Notes under the pieces: model-generated
Database searches by the model: none
What the model was told of the DNA's origin: nothing
What the model saw: only the letters and a program-made list of their open reading frames with translations
Shown: one piece after another, positions 1 through 11,044 of the stretch
Layout of the letters: the number at the start of each line of letters is the position of its first letter
Numbering within the stretch: position 1 is the stretch's first letter
Assembly: GCA_965112155.1 (NCBI GenBank)
Contig: OZ218098.1
DNA from: Podarcis liolepis
Taxonomy: Eukaryota
Strand: one strand, 5' to 3'
DNA length: 64,000 bases
Translations under genes and position numbers: made by a program

Positions 1-311
1 ACACATGAGTTATGAAACCCATTAAATGGAAAGCTGAGCAGGCTAACCCAAATTAAGGTTGTGGTCCTACACATATACTTAGTTGTAAGCCCCATTGACT
101 TTAATAGGACTCATTGCTGTAAAAGTATGACCAGGACTGTAGGCAATTCAAGTCTAAGATTTCACGTGCCAGCAAATAAAATGCTCCGGTGTTAATATAT
201 TGTTAGCTGCTATACCAGCATTTTAAAATAACAAGAAGTGCATTGCAAGTTCATAAAAATGGCCTTGTATGTAGATGAGTCTATATGAGTGGGTCTTATG
301 GAGAAACCATG

Positions 312-1138
312 TGTCAGGGGCTTAGGGACAGAGACACAGGGGAGAGAGGAAATGGAGAGCGAAGGGGAAGAATCTGAGGGCAGCGTAGGGGAGTATGACA
401 GTGACCCGAGAGATTCCATGAGCTTCTCCAGCGAATCAGAAGATTCCCAGAAGGAGGCGCCGATGGTCAGGGCAAGGGGGGTCCCAGGGGAGACACACCA
501 GAAACAAGGGGCCAGCGGGGACTCCCAAAGCAGCAGCGGGAGATCAGGACCAGCTTCCCCACCAGAGCGTAGTGGGGGGGAGAGTCCCATGTGTCAGGGC
601 CAGCGTCTCCTCCAGCAGGGGGAGAAGATGAGTCAGGACTGACCACGCCTCTATCGGAGAGCGGGGGAACGGAGGGGAGGTCGGGTCCAGCTAGCCCCCC
701 CCCCGAAGGGGGAAGCAGTGACAGGAGCAGTGTAACGGTCAGGAGGAAGGTTGCCGGCTGGGCGCACGCGCCAAGTTCAAATGTACAGGCGCGCGGGACA
801 GCAGAAAACCCGGATTGGGAACCAGGTCCTAAAGCCCGCCGGAGGCAGGGGGAAGATTCAGGGGACTCAGCGTCAGAAGAGTCTAGGAAGGGCGGGACCC
901 CAGCTGACAGGCGGACCCAGAGGAAGAGAGAGCAAAGGAAGAGGTGGAGCAAGGCTAGAGTCTTAAACTGGTGTCTGGGGGGAGGAGATTCAGACGGAGC
1001 TTCGGCGGTCTAGAGTTTCAGACGTAGAGCTGCGCGCTGCGGCTGTGGAAGTGAAACTGAACTTCAATAAAGACTTTTGTATATAACAACGAACTGGCAT
1101 TGGTCCTTTGTGAGCTGGGACCTCGGGCAGCTCTGACA
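312..1138 (+). mobile_element. Solo LTR, probably Gypsy/Ty3-type, 827 bp
   Basis: Ends TGTCAG...CTGACA. 5-bp TSD CCATG at 307-311 and 1139-1143. AATAAA at 1066-1071. CpG-rich, so probably young. Confidence 0.85.
352..1013 (+). pseudogene. LTR-internal ORF (~220 aa; acidic N-terminus, SGPASPP repeats, basic C-terminus) with a 1-nt frameshift in the G7 run at 574-580
   Basis: ORFs 289..642 and 591..1013 join if one G is added at 574-580. ATG at 352, TAG at 1011-1013. Confidence 0.55.
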
Positions 1139-1879
1139 CCATGTATTATGTGTCTGTTTGGTTTTTGTGTACCATTGTGAGCAGCACTCAAAGCTCTAGC
1201 TTTTTGCAAGCACAGAGAGAACGATCTGTGCCAAGTTTGGTGTGTGACATCTGCATCTGCACAATCAACTCCATGCATGGCAGGGAAGGAAAAGTCAATG
1301 CAACCTGACCAAAAATGCTGCTGCTACGCACCAGAGAGACCCATGAGAATTGGCTCCGAGTTGCAAGACTTTTCGATTCAAGTGTTGTTCGAGGAACTTC
1401 ATGCTGAGCATTCAAAGCATCTTTCAAGGGTAATGAAAAACTAGGTGTGGGTTCAGTCAAGGCTTTGGTTGATTGGCTGTGTGTTTCTCTGTTCTGGCGA
1501 GAGCAGAATAGGAAGCTGGAGTGAGGACTGGCAGGCAGCCAAACCTCGTCTTCAGCAGTGATATAATTACTAATAATGACCTCAAGCCCAGTCAGCTAGT
1601 TAAATGGCTTTTCAGGACAGGCACCAACTTAAAGTCTGGTTTATAGACAGGATAAACTGAATCTTTGGGGTACATGAAAACTGTTGTGCTTAGGTCCTCC
1701 TCAGCTGTGGTCCAGGAGAGATATCAACATTCTCAGGCTACAAGGCCAACTATATATTTAAGATTAAATTTAAATCGTTGCTATTAAAACATTTAATTAG
1801 AAAGCAACTTAAAAATTCTTAAAATGTGCACATATGTATGTCTGTGTCCAAGAGATTTAGAAAATGGGTTTATAACCCT

Positions 1880-2830
1880 CAGAACCTTCCTTGGATTAGA
1901 TCAAAGGTTTACCTTAGCCAAGCATCCTGTTTCCAACAGTGTCCAAACAAAAGTCTATAGAAAACCCATAAGAGTATGCTATAAAGTGCTGGGCTAGGGT
2001 TCAAATCCCCACTCGGCCATGAAGCTCACTAGGTATCTTCGGACCAGTCACTGCCTCTCTGCCTAATGTACCACACAGGGTTGTTGTGGAGATTTAGAGA
2101 GGGGAGAATCATGGATGCCACCTTGAGCTTCTTGGAGGAAAAATTGAATGAATGAATGAATGAATGAGAGGACATGATGACCTAGCACTTTCCTGTTTGT
2201 GTTCCCCAGTGACTGGTATTCAGAGGCAATACAGCCTCTGATCCCAGAGGCAATATGTATAGCCATAACTAGCAGCTTGGTAGCCTGATCTCCAGAAATC
2301 TGTCTAACCTCAGGTTAAAGTTGTTCAGACTGGTGACCATTCACTACATCTTGTGGAAACAAATTCCATAGTTTTAGCTATGTGCTGCATGAAGGACTTC
2401 ATTTTATCTACCCTGAATATTATGCCACTCTCCATCCTTGGATGGTGGTTCTGGCATTCGGAGGGAGGAAGAAAAGCTCTTTCCTCTCCACATTCTCCCC
2501 TCCGCGTATAATTTTATGTGTACCATTCCTCTAATTGAAATGGCTCCAAGCATTGTATGTAACCATTCCTCCTCCTCGGGGAGTTGCTCTTGCTCTCCAA
2601 TTATTTTGGGTGCCCTTTTCTGCTCTGCGCTATCCCCCCCCCCCCCAGTTGTGCTGACCAGGTGTTGTCACAGTATAGATTTATATAAAGGCATGATGAC
2701 AGTGACAGTTTTATTTTCTATCCCTTTCCTAATAATCTCCACTTTTTAAAAAGAGCTGCCACACACTGGGTCAACATTTTAATTGAGCTATCCACGATGA
2801 CCTCAAAATCCCTTTCATTATTAGTTGCCA
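1880..2830 (-). mobile_element. Old CR1-like LINE 3' fragment with a SINE inserted at ~1990-2165
   Basis: Degenerate reverse-complement CR1 3' motifs. The insert has a GGTTCAAATCCC B-box and a (TGAA)n tail. Confidence 0.5.
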
Positions 2831-4107
2831 CCAGCTCAGTGCAAATGTGAACTTTATTTTCCCACAGTGTACATGACACCACATCAATGGACCACCACAT
2901 CAGCAAGGCCCGGGGGACAGGGGTTGTTGTCTGGGCAACCCAGACCTTCCATACACACTGCCCAGGCTTGTGCCCTGGTGAGGTCACTTTGGTGCTTCAC
3001 CCCTGGAAGCACACTCCATTGTCTCTCCAGACAAATGGATGCCAACAGCAGGGCTTATTTGAACGGAATCATGACTGCGTTAGGCTTCATTGGCAATATA
3101 TATGATAACACTTAAGTCATCACAGTTCTCATGCTTCAACAACACTTACATGAAGTGATGGGCATCACTTAGAGTTAAGTTCAGAGTTGACTCCCTTCTG
3201 CTTCCATGGCTGATCTAAAGCATAATGGTTTAGGACATCTAGAATTTTTACCTGTGTCGTGACCAGAACATGCATTTACTCAACCTGCCACTTCAGATGT
3301 CTCCCTGATTTCATTTTCCATCTGAAGATCATCACCCTGAGCATTTTGGTCAAGAGGGTGATAATGTGTCTTCAGTTCTAAATTTAGAGGGCCAGTATTA
3401 CTTTTACTTACACTTGGAAACAACAGTTGAAAAAGGAGCCATCAAAAACTATAGCGCTCCAAAATGGCACAGCCTATAATATGCATTATGGAATTAAGGA
3501 TGTTGTTCATAGAAACTCCAGCTGAAAATGTTTTTGGTTTGCTTCTGTATGTGAATGTCAAGCCCAACAATTATTTACGTCTTCTTATTACTTTCAACTT
3601 TAAGAATCACATGGTCACCCTCTGGAAAATGGGAGAGGATGTTAAAAAAAAACAAAAAACACCTTCAGTGAATAGGAATTCAAGCTAGCATTCTGAAACT
3701 TCATTCTGGGATGCCGCCTCTACTTTCATTTGGAACGGGGCTCAGCTCAGCTTATGAAAATGCATCTTTTACACTTGGAAACACCAGTGCTTGAATTCCA
3801 GTAGAGAGACAGAGGCTGGGCAGGGCTGTTGCCACTCTGCATCAGGTAATGGCTAGTTTGAAGAGGAGGAACGGGAAAGACAGGCAGTGTAATAGCTGTG
3901 CCAGGAGCCATTCTGCATGCAGACTTCGGCAGCATTGTTTACCCTTTCCAAGGCTAAGCTCCACTGCTATGGGAGCTTGACTGGCTCAAGCTAGCTGGGA
4001 AAGCAAAGCTGTTCAATTCCCTTTTCTGCAGTGACCTTGAGCTACAGAATGGCTGTGCATATGGTGCACAAGCACAGAGCTTGAAACTAATCCAGGAAGG
4101 TAGATAG

Positions 4108-4109
<2 letters not shown>

Positions 4110-4145
<36 letters not shown>
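4110..4145. repeat. (TG)n microsatellite
   Basis: Seen directly. Confidence 0.95.
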
Positions 4146-4146
<1 letters not shown>

Positions 4147-4869
4147 GCCTCTCCGCATCTCCCAGCTGATTCCACAGCTTAGGCCTTAACAGCTGCAGTT
4201 GTCTGACAATTAATTCCTTCCCAGCCTCAGCTTCCCTCCCCCTCACTTCACACAGGCCTTTATATACCCAAGTGTGAAGGTGCCTGGCAACACAATTTCC
4301 TCCATGGATTTGGGCAACTCATGGCAATTTTCTTCAGAGATATCAGCTCCTCCTCCGGGCTCAGGCACAAGTCACACAAGCTTATAGAGCAGCTCTCTTT
4401 CAGAAGATGCTCCGTTCTTGGATTTGTGTTCCTCCACAAGCCTGGCCTTGCATTTCAAATTCATGGGAGTTGAACTGAGCCCCACCCCCCACAACACCAG
4501 CAAGTCACTGAGGTATCCCTCACTGAGTATTCACAGGCTAAACTTTAGGCAATTAGCATGGTTAATGTTCACTGTGTGATAGTACAGCTGTGTGAGTCTC
4601 ATTAAATTGTTCCTTCGGGAGAGCAGTTGCAGGCGGAGACTAAGGGACCAGTTTTGCATCCTGTAGAGGAGACATACCTGTCTGCTGTGATGGGGCCAGT
4701 ACCTGATTAAACACTCGGAATCTCAAGAGCACAGAAAATATTCAGGTTTTTCACCTGGCTGTAAAGTGTCAGTGTGTCACCAGGGAGCGCTTGTGCTACA
4801 AGAGGTGCCTAATGAGTGGGACAAAACTCCTCCTCCTCCTCTTCTTCTTCATTTTATTAAAAGAGTTGG

Positions 4870-5290
4870 AATATATTATTATGATCTTATTATTACCCCA
4901 CCCATCTGACTTGGTTGCCCTGCCACTCTGTGCGGCTTTCAACATAATATACAGAAAGACAACAACAAAACATCACACATTAAAAGTGTGCTGCTATAGG
5001 GCTGCCTTCAGGTGTCTATGGAAGGTTGTATAATTATTTATCCCCTTGACATCTGATGGGAGAGTGTTTCACAGGGTGGGTGCGGCTACCGAGAAGGCCC
5101 TCTGTGCTGAACGCTGGGGGTGGAGACGCTCCTTCAAGTATACTGGGCCGAGGCCGTTTAGGGCTTTAAAGGTCAGGACCAACACTTTGATTGGTGCTCA
5201 GAAACATACTGGGAGCCAATGTAGGTCTTTCAGGTCTAGTGTTAGATGGTCCTGGCAACTGCTCAGTGACCAGTCTAGCTGCTGCTGCAA
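4870..5290 (-). mobile_element. L2-clade LINE 3' fragment
   Basis: Reverse complement of the same family (gggctttaaaggtcaggacc, actgggagccaatg). Confidence 0.75.
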
Positions 5291-6418
5291 TTCCATGGAC
5301 AGAAACCAGCTGGACAAGCAGATGAATCTTATTTCATTACTACCAATGTAATTGTGGCTTTTACTGCACCTGAGGGCATCAGGATAGTTCTGGGTGTGCA
5401 GGACAGGCTGTGCTTACACAGCCAAGGTGCTCACAAGTGGACAGAGTGCAGCTGCTGATCACAGGTTCTGCTTTGGGCTTTCTCACAGGCATCTGCTTGG
5501 CCTCTGTGAGAACAGAATACTGGATGAGATGAGCCACTAGTCTGATCCAACAGGCTCTTTGTTGGATGCTCTTAATACACAGTTGTAAAGCAGGCAGAAT
5601 TTCAACAGGTACAATGTTCCCAATATGGAGATACAGTGGGGGGGGGAGTTGTTGTTATGCAGTTGTTAAAGGCGGTAGATAACTCACAGGAAAAGCTGGC
5701 TGCCTTATCAGAGCAACAGCACCCTTCCTTGCAGATTCTCTGCCTCCCTCCATCCTGGGATCCAAAGAAGGCGACAGGTTGTATAGGAGAAGGGGGAAGA
5801 CATGTCTAACAATTCAGGTCAGTCCTCAGAGAACGTGATGGTGCTTGTGTGCTGCTGGAACCAGACATTTCATTCCTTGTTAAATGCTTTCATTATCTCT
5901 CACCAGTCATGAGTCAGAGGCCACTGTTAAGAAATGAAATCGGTCGCCTCGGCAGACATGGCTAAGCAGTGGCCTTTGGAGTGGGGGAAAAATAAATCTT
6001 CACAAGCATCTAAAATCAGGCATCATTTCAAGAGCGTTTGTTGGGGGTGCAAAATTCACAGCCGAGTTTAAAGATGCAACATTTCCAAAACTCAGCATAT
6101 TTTAAGAGCGAGTGTTGCATTTTCCATTGTGATACCCTCACAAAAATGGGACTTAGATGCTTCCAGGTGATAATCCTGTTTGGGTTTGTTGAAACACAAG
6201 ATTTGCAAGTGTGACCACCCCCTTCTTCCACGACGGCATTTCAGATTTAAACAGTGAGTCCAAGTTCCTGGTAAAGAACAAATCTTTTTCCACATGAAGT
6301 ATGTGTGTGAGAGACAGTTTCATGTCCCATATTGTGGGGTTTTTGTTAGCGCAGCCTCCAAGCAACCCATTGACCACAACACATGCTATCCATGCCAGTG
6401 TCAGGCCCTTTCTAAGGC

Positions 6419-6916
6419 CAGACCCTCCAAGTGTCTCTATTTTCAGGGGACTCCTGGATTTACAGAAGCCTCCCCGGTTTCTGATTTGATCCTGGAATGT
6501 CCAGCTTTTCCTTAGGACGTCCCAGTTTTCTTTGGGGAAATGTTGGAGGGTATGGAGTTATACAACCCCAAGCCAAGGAGATAAGTAACTAGATAACCTT
6601 TAGAAGACATCTGAAGGCATCTTTATTTTTATTTTTTAAAAATATTTTTATATATGGAAGCTGCCCAGAGTGGCTGGGGCAACCCAGTCAGATGGGTGGC
6701 ATATAAATAATAATAGCTAAGCTGGTTAGAACGTGGTGCTGGTAATGCCAAGGTTGCAGGTTTGATCCCCGCATGCAACAGCTGCATAATCCTGAATTGC
6801 AAGGGGGTTGGACTAGATGATCCTCAGGGTCCCTTCTAACTCTATGATGCTTTGATTCTATTATTTTAATGGAACAGTTTGTTCCTATTTTCACTGGAGA
6901 AATGTTGGAGGGTATG
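6419..6916. mobile_element. DNA-transposon MITE with 6-bp TSD, containing a nested L2 tail and a tRNA/CR1-tail SINE
   Basis: TIRs CAGACCCTCCAA / TTGGAGGGTATG. TAAGGC at 6413-18 and 6917-22. Confidence 0.68.
6714..6860 (+). mobile_element. tRNA-derived SINE with CR1-like 3' tail
   Basis: A/B-box-like head (TAGCTAAGCTGG...GGTTTGATCCC) and tail GGTTGGACTAGATGATC...CTCTATGAT. Related copies at ~10495-10610 (+) and ~55025-55145 (-). Confidence 0.72.
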
Positions 6917-7025
6917 TAAGGCCCAGTGTTTAGAATGTCATGACTATGACCTGAGATACTCTGGTTCAACTCCTCACTTATCCATGAAGCTCACTGGGTT
7001 ACTTATTATTTCTCAGCCTAAGTTA

Positions 7026-7285
7026 CCGTATTTTTCGCTCTAAAAGACGCACCAGACCACAAGACGCACCTAGTTTTTGGAGGAGGAAAACAAGAAAAAA
7101 AATATTCTGAATCTCAGAAGCCAGAACAGCAAGAGGGATTGCTGCACAGTGAAAGCAGGAATCCCTCTTACTGTTCTAGCTTCTGGGATAGCTGTGCAGC
7201 CTGCATTCGCCCCATAAGACGCACACAAATTTTCCCCCTTGCTTTTTAGGAGGGAAAAGGCGAGTCTTATAGAGCAAAAATATGG
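7026..7285. mobile_element. Tc1/mariner (Tc2/pogo-like) MITE inserted in an older SINE
   Basis: TIRs CCGTATTTTTCGCTCTAAAAGAC / GTCTTATAGAGCAAAAATATGG, TA TSD. Confidence 0.82.
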
Positions 7286-10017
7286 TAACTCGCAGAATTG
7301 TTGTTGGGGTAAAACGGTTGTGGGGGACACACGTACACGACCTCACAAACCATTTATGGGGAGGGTAATATGAGTGAGTCATTTTTATTCCCCCACCAGC
7401 TGCACAATTGTGTGCACATTTTCATCTGCAGCACCCATGGAAAGCTTGATGGACTCAATCGATCCAACACAGGCCCATGAAAACAACTGGGACTCAAAGG
7501 GATGTGGGGTGGGGGACCTCAAGGCAATGGGGCCGGGCAGGTGGGTTCAATACAAAAGGCAATGCCTATGGGTAAAGCTTTGTAGAGCACAGGTTGCTGT
7601 CAAAGATGCTTTGCCAGAGAGTTTCTACTCACTGAGCGGTTAATTTTTAAATAAGGAAGCCCTTGAAACAGTCCGTGCTGAGATTTATGAATGTTTCATG
7701 TGACTTGTAGCTTTGTTGGTGTAGCTGTTCTTTACCGTGCATCTTTTGTAGACTGTATTGGGAGCCAATTGGGGAACTTTAAGACATGTTCTGCAGTGTC
7801 AAACAAACAAACAAACAAATAAAGGAGAAATCCTGTGTATAATAAGGCTCATACTCCTAATGGGAAACCTTCTCCAATTTCCAGATGTAGGATTTATCAG
7901 TGGCAATGGCAATGGACACAGTCTGTTCCCTAAAGGTGCTCTCTTCTTTTATGATTTCATGCATGTATCCGTTCTATTGAAGGTTCTGAAGGAAGCCCTT
8001 AAGTGCTAAAGCCAGAACAAAACAATATCACTCCTTCAAAGATCTCTGCCATAAAGATGCTGCTCACATCTTTCACTATGATCTGCAATCCTGATGGCAA
8101 TTGCTTTGGAAGCTTGTAACGGAAGGAAGAACACCAGACTGCCATAATGAAACTTGTGTAGGATTTGATTTATTTCCACCCCCCCCCCCCCCAGTAATCT
8201 ATTGCATTTTTGGTACATATATATATTTATACATATATTATTCATTTCCATAAACTGTTGCTATAGATATCCTATGTACATGCAAGTAAGTAACTGTTTC
8301 TATAGAACTGCCTCATCACAAGTTAAACAGCAATACAGGTCTTTGTCTCCAGAAAAAATAAAATAAAGGTACAATTTGCCATGAGTAGATTTAGCACCTC
8401 AAATATTGCCCATAAGTCATAATAACTTCACCCTTTAGGAAGATACACCTGATCATCTTTCATCACCTAGGTTGTGATGTGCCCACATGGGCTGGTTAAG
8501 TGCCAAAAAAAAAATTGGTGCAGAAAAAGAATGATGTGGTGTCCCACCATCGCAATCTGCAACATTTTGGCTGGCGTGCTAATCTGAGGGAGCTCTTTCA
8601 GGCTCGTAGCCAAATTATTTTACTTGTAACCGTTGCTGAAACGGAAAATATGATTTTCGAAAAGGAGCGGGGAACAGAAACGCATTAACAGGGTGAGTAA
8701 ATTCCCATACTGATTCCATACCTGCATTACCAAGGTGTGCAGTGGGCGGCGGCATGGCCTAGTAATCTCCAAATACAAAAAGAGCACCTGCAGGCTCACT
8801 CATGTTCCTTTAAAGGCACCTTCATGTTGGCATGATCATATTGCCAACCACTGCAATGTGAATATGATTTCTCTCAAGCATGTACTGTTTTGCTTCCACT
8901 TGTCTGCAGGTCAGGTTTCCCCCAGTGGTCTAGTTAGGTGGGACGATCAGCGGCAGATCACAGTCTTTGCATGGTGAAAGTTCTGACCTGGTCCCCCTGA
9001 TTAAAAGCATCAGGTAGCAAGTACGGTAATGGACAAGACCTCTGCCTGAAACTCCGGAGAGCAACTACTAGTCAGCGTAGTAGACAATGCAGAAAGGTGG
9101 GCATCTTCCTGTATTGCTTTCAAATGAGCGTGTGAGGGGATCTCAGTAGGTGTAGCTTGTTCTGCAAAGATGAGGAAAGCTGAACCTAAAAACTTCTGCT
9201 TCTTCAAAAGGCACAGGGAACCTGCACCCTCTTTGCATCTTGGCCACCTTCATGGGGTCCAGATCCCGAGAATGCCCTGTATTAGCAAGAGGAACTCAGA
9301 AGCCTATGGGGCTTTCCTCATCATAGCTGAGATGCTGTTATGTTACTCTCCCCCAACATCCTGCAACTTTTGAAGGGAAATGCAACATCTCCAAGCTGCA
9401 ACCTGACAGATGGTGCTAATCTTGGCTGCCGCTTGGACCTGACTTGATCTGACTGTGGATTATCTTTAAATATAGTCTAGGAGCAGAGTGGCCAAGAAAT
9501 ATGAACAAGTGGCTCTTTAGAAAAGGGTGTTAATGAATGGCAAATATTTCTCTAGGGCTGTTGAGAACTAATGATGTAAAAAAAGAGAGAGGAATTAACT
9601 AAAACCAAAAGTGAGAACATTTAATACGCATCCTGCCCTCCTTTACTACTGAATTATGTCGTGTGACCAATTCAAATTATTTGAATGTCACCTTTCCCCC
9701 TGGCCATCTCTCTCCCACCTGTGATCATGGCAAATGTCCATCTGGTCTCAGTCCTGAGACGAGAAAGATTATTACCCTTCATGGCTGACAGCTTCCTATT
9801 TTCTATCACAGACTAGCATGTCTAACCTCCAAATGAGCACCATCTGCATCTCCACCTGAACGTCAGTTTTCCTCGCATGGATTCTCACTTTGCTTGCCAA
9901 CATGTGTTTGCATCCTGGATGGGAGGTGTGAAAGGTGATATGAGCTTGGCACATCTTTCGCATAAGATCCTATTTTTGACTGCTGCTTCTCTTTTTCATC
10001 CTGTACATTTATATGAA

Positions 10018-10370
10018 GGGACGTGGGTGGCGCTGTGGGTTAAACCACAGAGCCTAGGACTTGCCGATCAGAAGGTCAGCGGTTCGAATCCCCGTGATGG
10101 GGTAAGCTCCCGTTGCTCGGTCCCTGCTCCTGACAACCTAGCAGTTGAAAAGCACCTCAAAGTGCAAGTAGATAAATAGGTACTGCTCTGGAGGGAAGGT
10201 AAACAGCGTTTCCGTGCGCTGCTCTGGTTCGCCAGAAGCGGCTTAGTCATGCTGGCCACATGACCCGGAAGCTGTACGCCGGCTCCCTTGGCCAATAAAG
10301 CGAGATGAGCGCTGCAACCCCAGAGTCGATCACGACTGGACCTAATGGTCAGGGGTCCCTTTACCTTTAC
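10018..10370 (+). mobile_element. Sauria SINE, full length
   Basis: tRNA-like head (GGTGGCGCTGTGG...GGTTCGAATCCC), (ACCTTT)n tail, flanking direct repeat ATTTATATGAA. Confidence 0.92.
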
Positions 10371-10713
10371 ATTTATATGAAGGGATTTGTAAACTATATG
10401 ATGCCACTCTGCTTAAGAGTCCTTAAAGACTCCATATCTACACTAGCCTTCCCTAACCTGGTACACTCCAGATGATTTTGACCACAACCTTTAATTTCAG
10501 GATCATGGGTTCAAGCCCCACGTTAGGCAGAAGGATTCCTCCATGGATGGAGGCTGGAGTAGATGACCCTTGTGGTCCCTTTCCAACACTACAATTCTAT
10601 GATTCTATGACTCTTAACTCTGATGAACCCCACCAGCATGGCCAAAGGTCAGAGAGGATGGGAGTTGTAGTCTAAAAGATCTGGAGGGCATGAGGTTGAA
10701 GGTTGATCTAGAT

Positions 10714-11044
10714 CAGGGGTCTGCAACCTTTATGACAAAAAGAGCCACTTGGACCCGTTTCCGAAGAAAAAACAACTGGGAGCCACAAAACCATTGCAAC
10801 ATTTAAAACAAATATATCTCCGGAGCCGCGATCTGACAGCGGGCGGGAAGGTGATGTCGGGACGGTGCGTGACTAACGCACGCACCGCCCCCATGCGACG
10901 TCACAGCCAGTACAGCGCCCGCCACAGTGGGGAGTGTCGGGGCGCACAATGCGCCTCCTCCCCTCGCTAGTATCCGCCCCGGAGCCGTGGCAAAGGTGTA
11001 AAAGAGCCACATGCCGCTCCGGAGCCGCGGGTTGCAGACCCCTG
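10714..11044. mobile_element. hAT (Charlie-like) MITE
   Basis: 15-bp TIR CAGGGGTCTGCAACC. Perfect 8-bp TSD ATCTAGAT at 10706-13 and 11045-52. Confidence 0.92.

Noticed and set aside
587-599. Internal 13-bp copy (CCATGTGTCAGGG) of the LTR's left junction, suggesting a nested or tandem element
   Set aside because: It falls inside the continuous ORF (S-H-V-S-G) and overlaps an SGPASPP repeat, and there is no matching second right end. Probably coincidence.
6714-6790. tRNA-like sequences here and at 10018, 37286 and 39083
   Set aside because: These are SINE heads. They run into SINE bodies and lack a complete cloverleaf.
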